DNA of 64,000 bases from Eledone cirrhosa (taxonomy: Eukaryota): assembly GCA_964016885.1 (NCBI GenBank), contig OZ024742.1, positions 287,990,001 through 288,054,000 on the forward strand, read 5' to 3'. This document shows, piece after piece, positions 25,095-37,918 of the stretch. The notes below the pieces were generated by a model. That model saw nothing but the letters and a program-made list of their open reading frames with translations. It was not told the DNA's origin and did not search any database. A program made the position numbers and the translations under genes. The first letter of the stretch is position 1, and each line of letters begins with the position of its first letter.

Positions 25095-26225
25095 ATATAT
25101 ATGTATATATATATTTGATATATCTCATATGAAATGATACAGCCAATTTTCCACACAATACAATTAGTTAGCACCCCGAACGTTTAATTAGGAATATACT
25201 CGGCTATTTCCTAATGTTTGTTGAGTGAGTTGGAATTTGGCCGGAGTATCACTATTAGCTTTCTCCAATTATGTATTTATATATGTATATATATATAAAT
25301 ATATATATATATACGTAAATGTGGTTGGTGTTAGGAAGGGCATCCAGCTGTAGAAAACCTGCCAGATAGTCCTATATGAGTGAGACACGGTCACCCGACC
25401 AACCTTGCCTCAAGTGGGACAACTCCCGTCTAACCCATGCTAGCGTGGAAAGTGGACGTTAAACGAGGATGATGATGATGATATATATATACATACATAT
25501 ATGTATATCATCATCATCATTTTACATCACTTTTCCCTTCTTGCAAAGGTGGGATGGGTCCTATTCAGCACAGCATCACTCCACTTGTCACGGTCCTTCG
25601 TCATCTCCTCCGTGAGCTTCAGCGATCTGAGGTCTGCTCTCACCACCTCTGCCCATGTTTTTCGTGTTCTTACTCTACTGTTTCTTTCTTATACATACAT
25701 ACTTTCAATGTGGTCTACCTTTCGTGATAGGGTCTATACCGTAGTTAGAACTCAATGTAATCCGTTAGCAACTAATTCAGTGAGGTCCAGAGATAGATTC
25801 CGTATTTCGCTGAGTCAATCCTTTAGATACTGAGTCTGATATATTAGATATTAGTTTAACAATGATAATAATAACGTAGGCAAGTTATTTTACATATTCA
25901 TTTCATTGTTTGAATATGTAAAATAACTTGCCTTCATTATTATTACGGCCCTTGCCAATCTGAGTTCAAATCCCACCAAGGTTAACTTTGCCTTTCATCC
26001 TTACGGGGTCGATAAAATAAAGTACCAGTAATGCACTGGGTAATTTCTGGCCTTGTGCCAATAGTAGAAACAATTATTATTATCATTTCATCATCATCAT
26101 ATATATATATATAGTCTAACCCATGCTAGCATGGAAGAACGGATGTAAAACGGTGATAATGATGATATGTATATATATATTCTAATATCCAACCATCTTG
26201 TTATAGGTTGGATACATTAGGTTAA

Positions 26226-26671
26226 CTGCTAGCATGTGTAGTGTGCATATTGATATTATACGCAAGTATATATGCATGTAGCTATGATACATTAAATAAA
26301 ATTGTAATTGACAATATACACAGAAATGGAACGAAGACTGCGTTACACTGTCTTATGTAATCAGTAACGTAATCCATGATACATTAAAAAAAGACGATAT
26401 TATATATAAACTGCATTAGGAGAAAATTAGTGACAGAAATATATGAATTTTTATTTAAGCGATCGCTAACCGGAAGTGTTGACATTTGAAAATTTTATCT
26501 TAAAATAAGCCACAAAATTATTTATATTAATCAAGAATAACAAAATTTAGTAGATAAATTATGTAATATTCATTCATTATTTATTCAAAGTAATCCAACT
26601 TATTTTACAAACGAGATAAAAAAATATATTCTGGACGCAGTCCCGCACTCCTTACTTTATTATAGTTTAGA
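26226..26671 (-). mobile_element. Small non-autonomous Helitron-like insertion
   Basis: Absent from the paralogous arm (empty site gttaa|ttcag near 36885). Inserted at A|T without a TSD, with 5' TC and 3' ...CTAGCAG. Confidence 0.65.
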
Positions 26672-26760
26672 TTCAGTAGTTGTTCAGATTAATGTTTATA
26701 TCAACAGTTTATCAATATAGAAATATAAAATTTACACTGTTGAATCTCTTATGTTGTTTC

Positions 26761-26796
26761 TTTCTTATTTCAGAATATCAGATGACATTCATATAA
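26761..26796 (+). promoter_or_regulatory. Putative 3' splice acceptor (AG 26772-26773) and uORF MTFI* (26782-26796)
   Basis: TTTCTTATTTCAG|AATATCAGATGACA is shared by five ZNF paralogues. Confidence 0.65.
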
Positions 26797-27078
26797 CAGA
26801 ATACTTGACTTCAGTAACATCATCAATATTTATCATCTGAAGGAAGATGTTATACAGAATGGATATAACACTGTTTATATATCTATGGTATCTGGAATGT
26901 GTATTTACAAAGGAGATATTGACAAAGACCATAATTGAAGGAAATATTGCAGTAGACATTGATTAGGAATAAAATAAAAATAAATTTGGAAAACAAGAAA
27001 AAATATTCTGACAAGAAACATTAAACGAAACTGAAGTATGTGAAAAACTTGAATAATTAAATTTTTTTCCCTGAAAAG

Positions 27079-28029
27079 ATGCCAAAGGAGGTAAACAAGT
27101 TATACCATTGTGATATCTGTAACAAGTCATTCTCTCAGAAAGGTAACCTCACCACTCACAAACATGTTCATACAGGAGAGAAGCCATTCCACTGCAATAT
27201 CTGTGGTAAATCATTCTCAAAAAGGGATCACTTAACTAGGCATAAACACATCCATGCAAGAGAGAAGCCATATCAGTGTGATGTTTGTGGTAAATCATTT
27301 TCTGGAAATGGTGATTTAACTACTCACAAACGTATTCATACTGGTGACAAACCATATCACTGTGATACTTGTAGTAAATCATTTTCTCGAAATGATGAGT
27401 TAACTGTACACAAACGGATTCATACTGGAGAGAAACCATATCACTGTAATACCTGTGGTAAATCATTCTCTAAAGGAAATAACTTAACTAAACACAAGCG
27501 TATTCATACAGGAGAGAAGCCATATCAGTGTGATGTCTGTGGTAAGTCATTCTCTGGAAGTAGTAACTTAACTACTCACCAACGTACGCATTCTGGAATA
27601 AAACCATACCAGTGTGATATCTGTGATAAGTCATTCTCTCAAACAAGTGAATTAACGAAACATATACGCATTCATACTGGAGAGAAGCCCTATCACTGTG
27701 ATATTTGTGATAAATCATTCTCACAAGGAGGTACATTAATTGCTCACAAACGTATTCATTCAGGAGAGAAGCCGTATAAATGTGATATCTGTGGTAAATT
27801 ATTATCTCAAAGTGGTGAGTTAACTATTCACAAACGCATTCATACAAGGGAGGAACCATATCGCTGTGATATCTGTGGCAGATCATTCTCTCATACTGGT
27901 AACTTAACTAAACATAAATATATTCATACAGGACATAAACCATTTAACTGTGACATCTGTGGTAAATCATACTCCCAAAGAAGCCACTTAGCTACACACA
28001 CATGTAAAAAGGTCAAAATATTTGCTTAA
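27079..28029 (+). CDS. Tandem C2H2 zinc-finger protein, 316 aa (10 fingers + 1 truncated)
   Basis: CxxC-x12-HxxxH repeats with TGEKPY linkers. Confidence 0.93.
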   Translation: MPKEVNKLYHCDICNKSFSQKGNLTTHKHVHTGEKPFHCNICGKSFSKRDHLTRHKHIHAREKPYQCDVCGKSFSGNGDLTTHKRIHTGDKPYHCDTCSKSFSRNDELTVHKRIHTGEKPYHCNTCGKSFSKGNNLTKHKRIHTGEKPYQCDVCGKSFSGSSNLTTHQRTHSGIKPYQCDICDKSFSQTSELTKHIRIHTGEKPYHCDICDKSFSQGGTLIAHKRIHSGEKPYKCDICGKLLSQSGELTIHKRIHTREEPYRCDICGRSFSHTGNLTKHKYIHTGHKPFNCDICGKSYSQRSHLATHTCKKVKIFA

Positions 28030-28181
28030 CTAAACACATAAATTTACATACAGGAGAGAAGCCATATCACTGACATCTACAGTAAATCTTTCTCTGAAGA
28101 GGGTCACTAAACTACACATGTACGTATTCATAAAGAACAGTAACTTTATCAATGTCAAAAGTCTTCTTCTTTGTCCACATA

Positions 28182-28990
28182 TTCCTGAGAGGGTTATGTA
28201 GGCAGTGTCTTGGAATACGTTTTCCAGCAGGTCTTGTCAGAAGCCACCGTCTCTAATTGATCTGGCTGGATCCTCAAGTTAGACCAGCCAAGCTTATGGA
28301 TGTGGTTCAACCATCTTACTCGGATCTGTCCCTGGAATTCCTGCCATTTGGTTTTGCCCATAAAATCTGTCCAGTGATTCTTTCTTGAGACATTCTAATC
28401 ACATATCCATCTTACTGGAGCTGTAATCCCTCAATTCGGAGAAGTAGCGGCTCTACCTGGAGTGACTCACTGATCTCCGTTACTATCAAGTAACATTACT
28501 TCAAACACTTTTTGGAGGAACGCCATTTCAGCCACTTATATTCACAATCATATTCTTTCGGTCATTTCCAAGATTCATGCTCATAGGTGAGGGTTGGCAT
28601 GAATGCCAAATTGAAGAAAGTGAGTTTGGGTTTTACGCCTATCTCCCTTTTTCTGATGACTGAATTCTGAACCTGGTACATTAGTGCACCAGATCCTGCA
28701 ATTCTTGCACTTAATTCAACCTCATGTTTTCCGTCACTCATGAACATGGCCTAGAGATAGAGTGAACTGTGAAGTCTTCCTTGAGAGGACGACTGTCTCA
28801 GATGCAAACATCAAGTGCATGTTGGAGATCACCTTCTGCCATGTTAAGTAGTACCATGTCCATAAATTCCAGAGACTGATCTTACATACGCCAGTCATAA
28901 TACCACATCCAACCCAGCTGTGCATGTCAATCTTGTCCATGAAGATTATGATCAGGAGAGGTAACAGCACGTGTTCTTGATGGTGCCTGG
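28182..28990 (-). mobile_element. Old RTE-like LINE remnant downstream of the ZNF; counterpart at ~34613-35370 (+)
   Basis: Minus strand PTLTYEHESW and LEVEPLLLRIE. The same insertion point occurs in both duplication arms, with different parts retained. Confidence 0.65.
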
Positions 28991-30210
28991 TACCCACATT
29001 GACTTAACACCATTTATCCAAACACAAACACTAGAGCATTTGTATAGAGACATCAGGGCAACAAAAAGTTGTCCATCAATTGATAACTGGAACATTACAA
29101 CCCTTACAGAAGTCATTATATTAAAAACAATCTCATATAACCATAAATATACTCACAGAGGATGAGATATAACAGTGTATCATAACAACCTCCCAACACT
29201 ATTTTATTATAAACATTGATGAGATAACTTAACCACAGTAATATTTTTAATAAAAAATATTCTTTCATAATATTCATATACATTCCATCTCATATATTTC
29301 TAGAAGATACTATTGATTTATTTTACATTGACTCATAAATTTGAAATTACATCATTGTACAGTAATTATTGGAAATAAATATATTATTCTGAATCTTACT
29401 TAAATTCTTTCATGTATACTGAAGGAGAAGTTGGGTTTAAGAGGAATTGGAGGTGGTGTGCAGGAGAGAAGACTGTTGGTACGGACTTGTGATGTGCATG
29501 GATGATGATCAATGGGTGAAGAAGTGCCAAGAAATGCGAGTGGAAGGAAGCTGCAATAGAGGTAGACAGAGAAAGACCTGGGCAGAGGTGGTGAAAGTGC
29601 CCTCTCCAATATACAGTGGTGGCCATAACTGGATCCCGAAACCAATGGTCGCACATACATGTTAAGTGTATGAAACTTTGTTTATACTAAATAAGCTCTC
29701 TTCCAACAGATTGTTTTCCTTGATCTTTCATCTACGGATTTCTACACACATACAGCCACATATATATATCATCATCATCATCACTGTTTAACATCCATTT
29801 TCCTCATTAGCATGGATTAAACAAGTTGCCCTGTTGTGAGACAAGCAAGATCTAATGACCATGGCTTGCCCATACAGGACTGGTTTGGGCTTGGTTTCTA
29901 TGGTTGGATACTCTTCCTAACACCAACCTCATTTACAGTGTGTGCTGGGTGCTTTTTATCATGTCACAACCACATTACATATATATGTTTGTGTGGTGTG
30001 TGGTGTGTGTGTGTGTATAATGTTATACAATCTGAAGGTGTAACTATAGACTACATATAATGTTTCATTTAATTTTGATAAATTAAAAAGTAAAGTTTAA
30101 TTGTTCTACTTCATGTTTATATCTTCAGTTTATCAATATAGAAATGCAGTAAAATTTCCACTACTGAATCTCTACATTTTAAGTATCCCTATATCTTATA
30201 CTGTTTCTTT

Positions 30211-30243
30211 ATTATTTCAGAATATCAGATGACATCGCCATAA
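30211..30243 (+). promoter_or_regulatory. Putative acceptor (AG 30219-30220) and uORF MTSP* (30229-30243)
   Basis: ATTATTTCAG|AATATCAG ATG ACA TCG CCA TAA. Confidence 0.6.
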
Positions 30244-30617
30244 CTATTTACTTGAGATACATCATCAACATTTATCATCTTTTAAAGGACGGTGTTATAC
30301 AGGATATATATAACACTGTCTATATCAATCTACAGTAGAATTGCTGCAAAATATTTCATCCAAGACTATTAACAACATTTCTTTACTTCACTGTCTGGTA
30401 TATGTACAAGATAATTTTCCATTCTAATTAAACAAATTTACAGAAGAGATCACATCTTCTGATAGTGACAAAAATGACAGTTGATTAAAATACAGCTGTA
30501 GAAATATTTCTTAGGAATAATATATAAAGACAATAAGAAGAAAAGCATCCTTAGGTTGGGTTGAGTGGAGAAAAATTATGAGGATCGAATCAGGTTGAAT
30601 GTAAGGTACATGTTAAA

Positions 30618-31164
30618 ATGACTGATTTTTCTGATGAAATGTTGAAAGCGAAAGGAAAAACATACCACTATGATGTCTGTGGTAAATCATTCTCAGAAAA
30701 AGATCACCTAACTACTCACAAACATGCTCATACAGTAGAGATATTATTTTACTGTGGTAAATCATTCTCTAAACAAAGATACTTAACTATACACAAACGT
30801 ATTCACTCAAGAGAGAGACCATTTCATTGTGACATCTGTGGTAAATCATTTTCTCAAAAAAGTAACCTAACTACTCATAAACATATTCATATAGGAGATA
30901 AACCATATCGCTGTGATATCTGGTATATCATTTTCACAAAGCTATCAAGTAACTATACACAAGCGTATTCATACAGAAGAGAAGCCAATTCACTGTGATA
31001 TCTGTGGTAAATCTTTTTCTCAAAATCATCATTTAAGTCTTCACAAAACTATTCACACTGAAGAAAAACCATACCACTGTGATATCTGTGGTATATCATT
31101 CTGGCAAAGTTATGAAATAACTATACACAAGCATATTCATACAGGAGAGAAGTCATACCACTAA
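30618..31164 (+). pseudogene. C2H2 ZNF pseudogene
   Basis: Finger 1 lacks a Cys (YDVC), finger 2 has a deletion, there is a 2-bp frameshift near 30921 and a stop at 31162. Confidence 0.85.
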
Positions 31165-31430
31165 TGTTTCTATTAAATCATTCTCAAGAAATAGTAATTT
31201 AATTAGACTCAGATGCATTTATACACAACAGAAAGCTTACCACTGTGATACTCTCAAGACAGTCGTTTAACTACACATGTATGAAATCATATAGAATGGT
31301 AACTGCATCATTCTGTTAAACAAAAAATGTCTTCTATAACCATAAATGTATTCACACAGAAAAGATATAACAAGATGTGATAACCTCTACCTAATGCAAC
31401 ATTTTATTTAATAACAACTATATGTTCATT

Positions 31431-31713
31431 ATGTGGCCTAGTGGTAAGAGTGTTGGACTTACGAGCATAATGTTGTGGGTTTGATTCCTGGGCTGGGTTG
31501 TGTGTTGAGTTCTTGAGCAAAACACTTCATTTCACGTTGCTCCAGTATACTCAACTGGAAATGAGTATCACCAATAGCTGGAGTTTAACCCTGCAATGGA
31601 TTCACATCCTGTCCAGGGGAAAAATTCTTGTACTGTCACTTCATGTCACGAAACTGGGATAAGCACCGGCCTGATGAGCCTACTGGCTTGTGACAGACTT
31701 TAGACTAGAGACC
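31431..31713 (+). mobile_element. tRNA-derived SINE with 11-bp TSD
   Basis: A/B boxes present. TSD ATATGTTCATT at 31420-31430 and 31714-31724. Confidence 0.9.
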
Positions 31714-34700
31714 ATATGTTCATTGGTGATAGTTTTAATAGAAATATTCTTTCAGAATATTTAAAGTTCTGACCTCATCACTCTTTTTGATTATTCTTAA
31801 TAACCTAAAATTTCAAAGAAGCTAGTTTACTCATAAATTATTCTGCTCTCAGGGACATTCAGCATGACTGTGTGACAAAGCAAGCCCTTTGAAAAACAGG
31901 TACAGTCCATCTATTATAGTCTAAAGGGATGAGCATTCCACAGAAAGGTGTATCCTTAATGTATCTCTTTGGGAGATTCAACTTGACAAGGCTTGCTCTT
32001 TGAATTACAGGTATGAACTAATTGTTTGCTAGCTGGGTAGACTAGAGCAACATGGAAATATAGTATCTTGCTCAAGGACACTGTGCAGCTAGTAATGGAA
32101 CTCACGACCTTATGATAGTGACCCGAACATTAACCACAAAACCATATGCCTTCGCTCAAATAGAGTACTGCTTCAACATCTGGACAGTGTTATATACACT
32201 GACAATCTAGTCTATATCTAGAAATGGGTCACTTTCCAAAAACACTAAATAACTAATAAAATGAAGAATGTAAAATATTTTGTCTAAAACCCCCAGGCCA
32301 CATAGTTATACCTGAGTATCCCAACTAGTAATGTTATTAAAAACTTCAAGTACAGGATCAAGGAGGAAGTTCTACAAAGGATTTATAAACATTCAACTTC
32401 TATCACAGAAAACAAAAAAATTCAGTACATTTTCTTTTCCATGAATATCTTAATAAGTGGAACTGGTAGAATTTTATCATGAAGATATAAGGGGTAAACC
32501 CTGAGTAAGATGGTTGGATAACATCCATGAGCTTGGCTGATGGTTGGCAGTTGGAGATGGTTGCTTCAGACAGAACCCACTGAAAGGAGTGTTTGAGGAC
32601 TCTGCTTCCACAACCCTTTCAGAAATAAGAGGGCAAAGATGTAAACATTCCTTATTTAACAATAAAGTTTTTCAATGCATTTTTTCTCATGCTTTTAATG
32701 TGTGAATGTGTATAAATATATGACCATAACCTGACTCGTTCATGCCCCCTCCACCATCACTAAACCCTTTGCTTTATTCAGGATCACTCGACCCAAACAC
32801 CAATCATAGTTCCCAACATTCAACCCCTTTCTTATATTACATCACTCTGTCAAATCCCACCATGACATCATACTTATTGTCTTTCCTACTTTTTCTGACT
32901 TATGACAAATCATCAACTCTCCCCATAAGGTAGAGAGGGCTTTTCAGGTGAGTCAATGACTGACGACCATCCTAGTGTTGGTACCACGATAAAACGCACC
33001 CAGTACACTCTGTAAAGTGTTTGCTTCTAACCATAAAAACCATACCAAAAAGGGTTGAAAGAATCCCTCCAGTCACATGACAACCTGTATTCAGTATGCC
33101 CTGTAAGGTTGTTGATGAAACCATACCCCCACCCCCCCAATAAAAAGAAAGTTGCATGACAACACCTTTGTAGTGTTGATGATCTACACACTAAATGCAC
33201 CTAGTACACTCTGTAAAGTGGTTGGTGATAGGAAAAGCATCGAGCCATAGAAAAACTGCAAAGTTGGAGGGTAATGAAAGATAACATTATCAGGGCCATT
33301 GAGTTCCAGCAAACAACAGTGTTTTCCTTCTTGGTATGTGTGTACATAATTGTGAGACTGGTGGATTGGAAATGGGAAATTTTTCCCACCAGCTGTAGTG
33401 TGTAATTGAAAGAAAATACGATACCACTTCTTACAGATCCATCTGTGAGGAAGATAGGACAGCTTCTAAAATTTTGTAGGGATCATCCTGGATATTTTCC
33501 ATTTCATAAAGGATACAATAACTTATATATATACAACTTATGTGTTGCCATATTGTTTGTTCATGATATTATAAATAACAAGTATTACAAATATGTTTTT
33601 ATATTACAATATCTTGTTGAGAAATATATTTTCCTTAGCCTACCTCTCACTTGGTTACATCTTATGTTCACTAGATGACCACCATCACTACCATTTAATG
33701 TACAAAGTTGGCCACCATCAACCAACTGGCTACATCATGTTCACTAGATAACCACCATCACTATAATTTAATGTACAGAGTTATCTTATTGGTTATTTCC
33801 CTTCCAACACATAACCTCTCATATCCAGTATTTAGTATTGAATTATGTCAAATTATAGTTTTAAATAAATAAGTGAAATGACAGAATCTCAGCTTTATTG
33901 AAATGTCAGTTTATTAAGAATGTTCACAAAGAGTGGTAAGGACAGATTTTTAGATTCTGGGTTTCACAGTTGAGATGACAAAAATTGATAAAATGTGGTG
34001 ATATCTATGGTAAGACACATCAAACACATACCAACATGAATATCATCATTTTATATTCACTTTTCATGCTGGTATGAGCAGGACAAATCCTCAAACAGTG
34101 CAGAAAAAATGGACATTAAATGATGACCATCATTATCATCATTTAAACATTGATGATGATTCAGAAATTGTATCACCCACTTTATAATTTACATTAAATT
34201 AAAGGTTGCATTGAGATTTACATATTAACCATTCCACTTAACCATCAATTCAGGTAGGAATCATTTCCTTAAAATTCCAACCAGAATGTACATAAAATAT
34301 AAGAAAGAATTTAAATAAGATTCAGAATATATATTTATTTCCAATATAATTACTGTACAATGATGGAATTTTATCAATACTATCTTCTAGAAATATGAGA
34401 TGGAATTTATATGAATATTATGAAAGAATATTTTTTTATTAAAAATATTACTGTGGTAAGTTATCTCACTAATGTTCATATATAAAATAGTGTTGGGAGG
34501 TTGTTATCATACACTGTTATATCTCATCCTGTGTGAATATATTTATGGTTAAATTAGATTGTTTTTAATATAATGACTTCTGTAAGGGTTGTAACGTTCC
34601 AGTTATCAATTGTCAAGGTTTGCTCCCATCCAGACCGTCTCTGGGGTATATGTAACCTTTGTACATCCATTCCATGCATCACAGATAGGTTGCAGGCTCA

Positions 34701-35524
34701 TCACCAGTTCTAGCAACATTGGAAGGGGACAGCAATACATTTTTCAAACAGGCAGCTCTACCTAAGGCCTCAACATGTCCCTTGTTATGACAGGCAAAGG
34801 ACAATGCAGTATGGATGTCTTTACTAGGTGCATCCTCCCAAAGTGGAGAGAATACTTTGCCAGTTTCCTAAACCTAGTTACAACAGCATCTTCTGATGTA
34901 GATGAGGTGCATCTGGGAGTGGTGACTCACCTCATGGACGATGAGGTTGAAAGAACAAATAAAAAGCTTAAATGTAGCAAGGCTACTGGGGAGAGTGAAA
35001 TACAGCCACAGGTGTTAAAAACCTTAGAGAAAATATTCTTTGGCTGACTAGTGTGTGCCAGGTAGCCTAGATCTTTGGAGAGACACCTAAGCAATGGTAA
35101 TGAGGAATTGCTCCAAGTAGAGCCAGTACTTCATAGCCAGTTCTATGGACATATGGTTACAATCTCAGGAAAGAATCGCTAGAGAGATTTTATGGGCAAA
35201 ACCAACTGGCAGGAGACCCAGGAGTAGACCCTGAGCAACATGATTGAATAACATCCATGGGCTCGTCTCGTCTAGCCTGGGGATCCAACCAGATCAATTA
35301 GAGATGATTGCTTCTGCTAAGACCTGCTGCAAGGTGTGCTTGAGGACACTGCCTACATGACCCTCTCAGGAATATGTGGACAAAGAAGAAGACGTTTGAC
35401 ATTGATAAAGTTACTTTTCTTTATGAATATGTACATGAATAGTTAAGTGACCCTCTTCAGAGAAAGATTTACTGTAGATGTCAGTGATATGGCTTCTCTC
35501 CTGTATGAACATTTACGTGTTTAG

Positions 35525-36475
35525 TTAAGCAAATGTTTTGACCTTTTTACATGTGTGTGTAGCTAAGTGGCTTTTTTGGGAGTATGATTTACCACAGATG
35601 TCACAGTTAAATGGTTTATGTCCTGTATGAATATATTTATGTTTAGTTAAGCTACCTGTATGAGAGAATGATCTGCCACAGATATCACAGCGATATGGTT
35701 CCTCCCTTGTATGAATGCGTTTGTGAATAGTTAACTCGCCACTTTGAGATAATAATTTACCACAGATATCACATTTATACGGCTTCTCTCCTGAATGAAT
35801 ACGTTTGTGAGCAATTAACGTACCTCCTTGCGAGAATGATTTATCACAAATATCACAGTGATATGGCTTCTCTCCAGTATGAATGCGTATATGTTTAGTT
35901 AATTCACTTGTTTGAGAGAATGACTTATCACAGATATCACACTGGTATGGTTTTATTCCAGAATGCGTACGTTGGTGAGTAGTTAAGTTACTACTTCCAG
36001 AGAATGACTTACCACAGACATCACACTGATATGGCTTCTCTCCTGTATGAATACGCTTGTGTTTAGTTAAATTACTTCCTTCAGAAAATGATTTACCACA
36101 GGTATTACAGTGATATGGCTTCTCTCCAGTATGAATCCGTTTGTGTACAGTTAACTCATCATTTCGAGAAAATGATTTACTACAAGTATCACAGTGATAT
36201 GGTTTCTCTCCAGTATGAATACGTTTGTGAGTAGTTAAATCACCATTTCCAGAAAATGATTTACCACAAACATCACACTGATATGGCTTCTCTCTTGCAT
36301 GGATGTGTTTATGCCTAGTTAGGTGATCATTTTGAGAGAATGATTTAGTACAGATATTGCAGTGGAATGGCTTCTCTCCTGTATGAACACGTTTGTGAGT
36401 GGTGAGGTTACCTTTCTGAGAGAATGACTTGTTACAGATATCACAATGGTATGACTTGTTTACCTCCTTTGGCAT
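35525..36475 (-). CDS. Tandem C2H2 zinc-finger protein, 316 aa; recent paralogue of 27079-28029
   Basis: Same length, 11 amino-acid differences. Confidence 0.93.
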   Translation of the reverse strand: MPKEVNKSYHCDICNKSFSQKGNLTTHKRVHTGEKPFHCNICTKSFSQNDHLTRHKHIHAREKPYQCDVCGKSFSGNGDLTTHKRIHTGEKPYHCDTCSKSFSRNDELTVHKRIHTGEKPYHCNTCGKSFSEGSNLTKHKRIHTGEKPYQCDVCGKSFSGSSNLTTHQRTHSGIKPYQCDICDKSFSQTSELTKHIRIHTGEKPYHCDICDKSFSQGGTLIAHKRIHSGEKPYKCDICGKLLSQSGELTIHKRIHTREEPYRCDICGRSFSHTGSLTKHKYIHTGHKPFNCDICGKSYSQKSHLATHTCKKVKTFA

Positions 36476-36758
36476 CTTTTCAGGGAAAAAAATTTAATTA
36501 TTCAAGTTTTTCACATACTTCAGTTTCGTTTAATGTTTCTTGTCAGAATATTTTTTCTTGTTTTGCAAATTTGTTTTTATTTTATTCCTAATCAATGTCT
36601 ACTGCAATATTTCCTTCAACTATGGTCTTTGTCAATATCTCCTTTGTAAATACACATTCCAGATACCATAGATTCATATAAACAGTGTTATATCCTTTCT
36701 GTATAACATCTTCCTTCAGATGATAAATATTGAATATGTACTGAAGTCAAGTATTCTG

Positions 36759-36794
36759 TTATGTGAATGTCATCTGATATTCTGAAATAAGAAA
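36759..36794 (-). promoter_or_regulatory. Putative acceptor (exon starts at 36781) and uORF MTFT* (36773-36759)
   Basis: Reverse complement: TTATTTCAG|AATATCAG ATG ACA TTC ACA TAA. Confidence 0.65.
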
Positions 36795-37744
36795 GAAACA
36801 ACATAGGAGATTCAACAGTGGAAATTTTATATTTCTATATTGATAAACTGTAGATATAAACATTAATCTGAACAACTACTGAATTAACCTAATGTATCCA
36901 ACCCTTAACATATCGTGTACTTGTTATAGCTTAATTGCTGTAAGTTACTGTTTTGTCTTGTCTTTTACTCTATGGGCAGCGCTTTGGCTTATTTGACAGA
37001 TGCTGTGACCCCAGGTGGACAGCAGTACCGTTGGTAGGGGTTGAAGACCTTGGAGTTCTGTGTCTTTTGTTTGTCTTTTTATTTAAAAATTAAATTTTTA
37101 AGGTTTCCCCTTTAAAATGATTTTTGGGGAGTTCTATCTTGTTTTCGTTCATTGTCTTTTCTTTGTCAATTATCCTGTTTTATTTTTTATATATATATAT
37201 ATTGCGATTGTCTGTTTCTCTCTTTCTGCTCCCCCGTTCTCTCTGTTTCTCTCACCTTCTTTCGCCCCCTTTGTCAGTTACACTTTCTCTCGACTGACCT
37301 CTTCCTCGCACTTCCACTCACTCACTCTCTGTTTCTCCCCTTCTCACTTCCTCCCGTTCGTTAGTAGTGGGATTCTTTCTTTCTCACATATCATTCACGT
37401 CGGACGGTCTGTTTTCTGACCGCTCATGAAATTCACCCAGTTTATGCTGACCGGATAACCATCATGTTGCTTGCTTTTTTCCTACCTTCGGTTTGCTTTT
37501 CCTTCTATGTTGTTTACTTGTCTCACTCGCTTTACGCGATTCACTTGTCCCAATAGCTTATTTTAGTTATTGCTCGCACCAACCTGAGGTATATGATTTT
37601 TAATGCGATGAAATACCAATGATGGTTGGCAAATCACTGATGAGGGACTAATTTTATAATATGTAACCCATGTGCAACCACGCAGTTTTCCTCTTTCTTC
37701 CCATGTTTTTATATATATATATATATAATTAAGATAATGTATAT

Positions 37745-37918
37745 CAGACAAGCCATGCTGGGGCATCACCCTGAACGGATTTAGTCGATCATATCGACTT
37801 TTTTGTTTGGTACTCATTTTATCAATCTATATTTGACAAATATTGATTGATAAAATGAGTACCAAACGTAAAAAAGTCGATGCGATCGACTAAATCCCTT
37901 CAGGGTAATGGCTTGTCT
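37745..37918. repeat. Fold-back inverted repeat (~70-bp arms) of SINE-like sequence
   Basis: gatttagtcgatc..tttggtactcattttatcaatc pairs with gattgataaaatgagtaccaaa..gatcgactaaatc. Confidence 0.8.
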
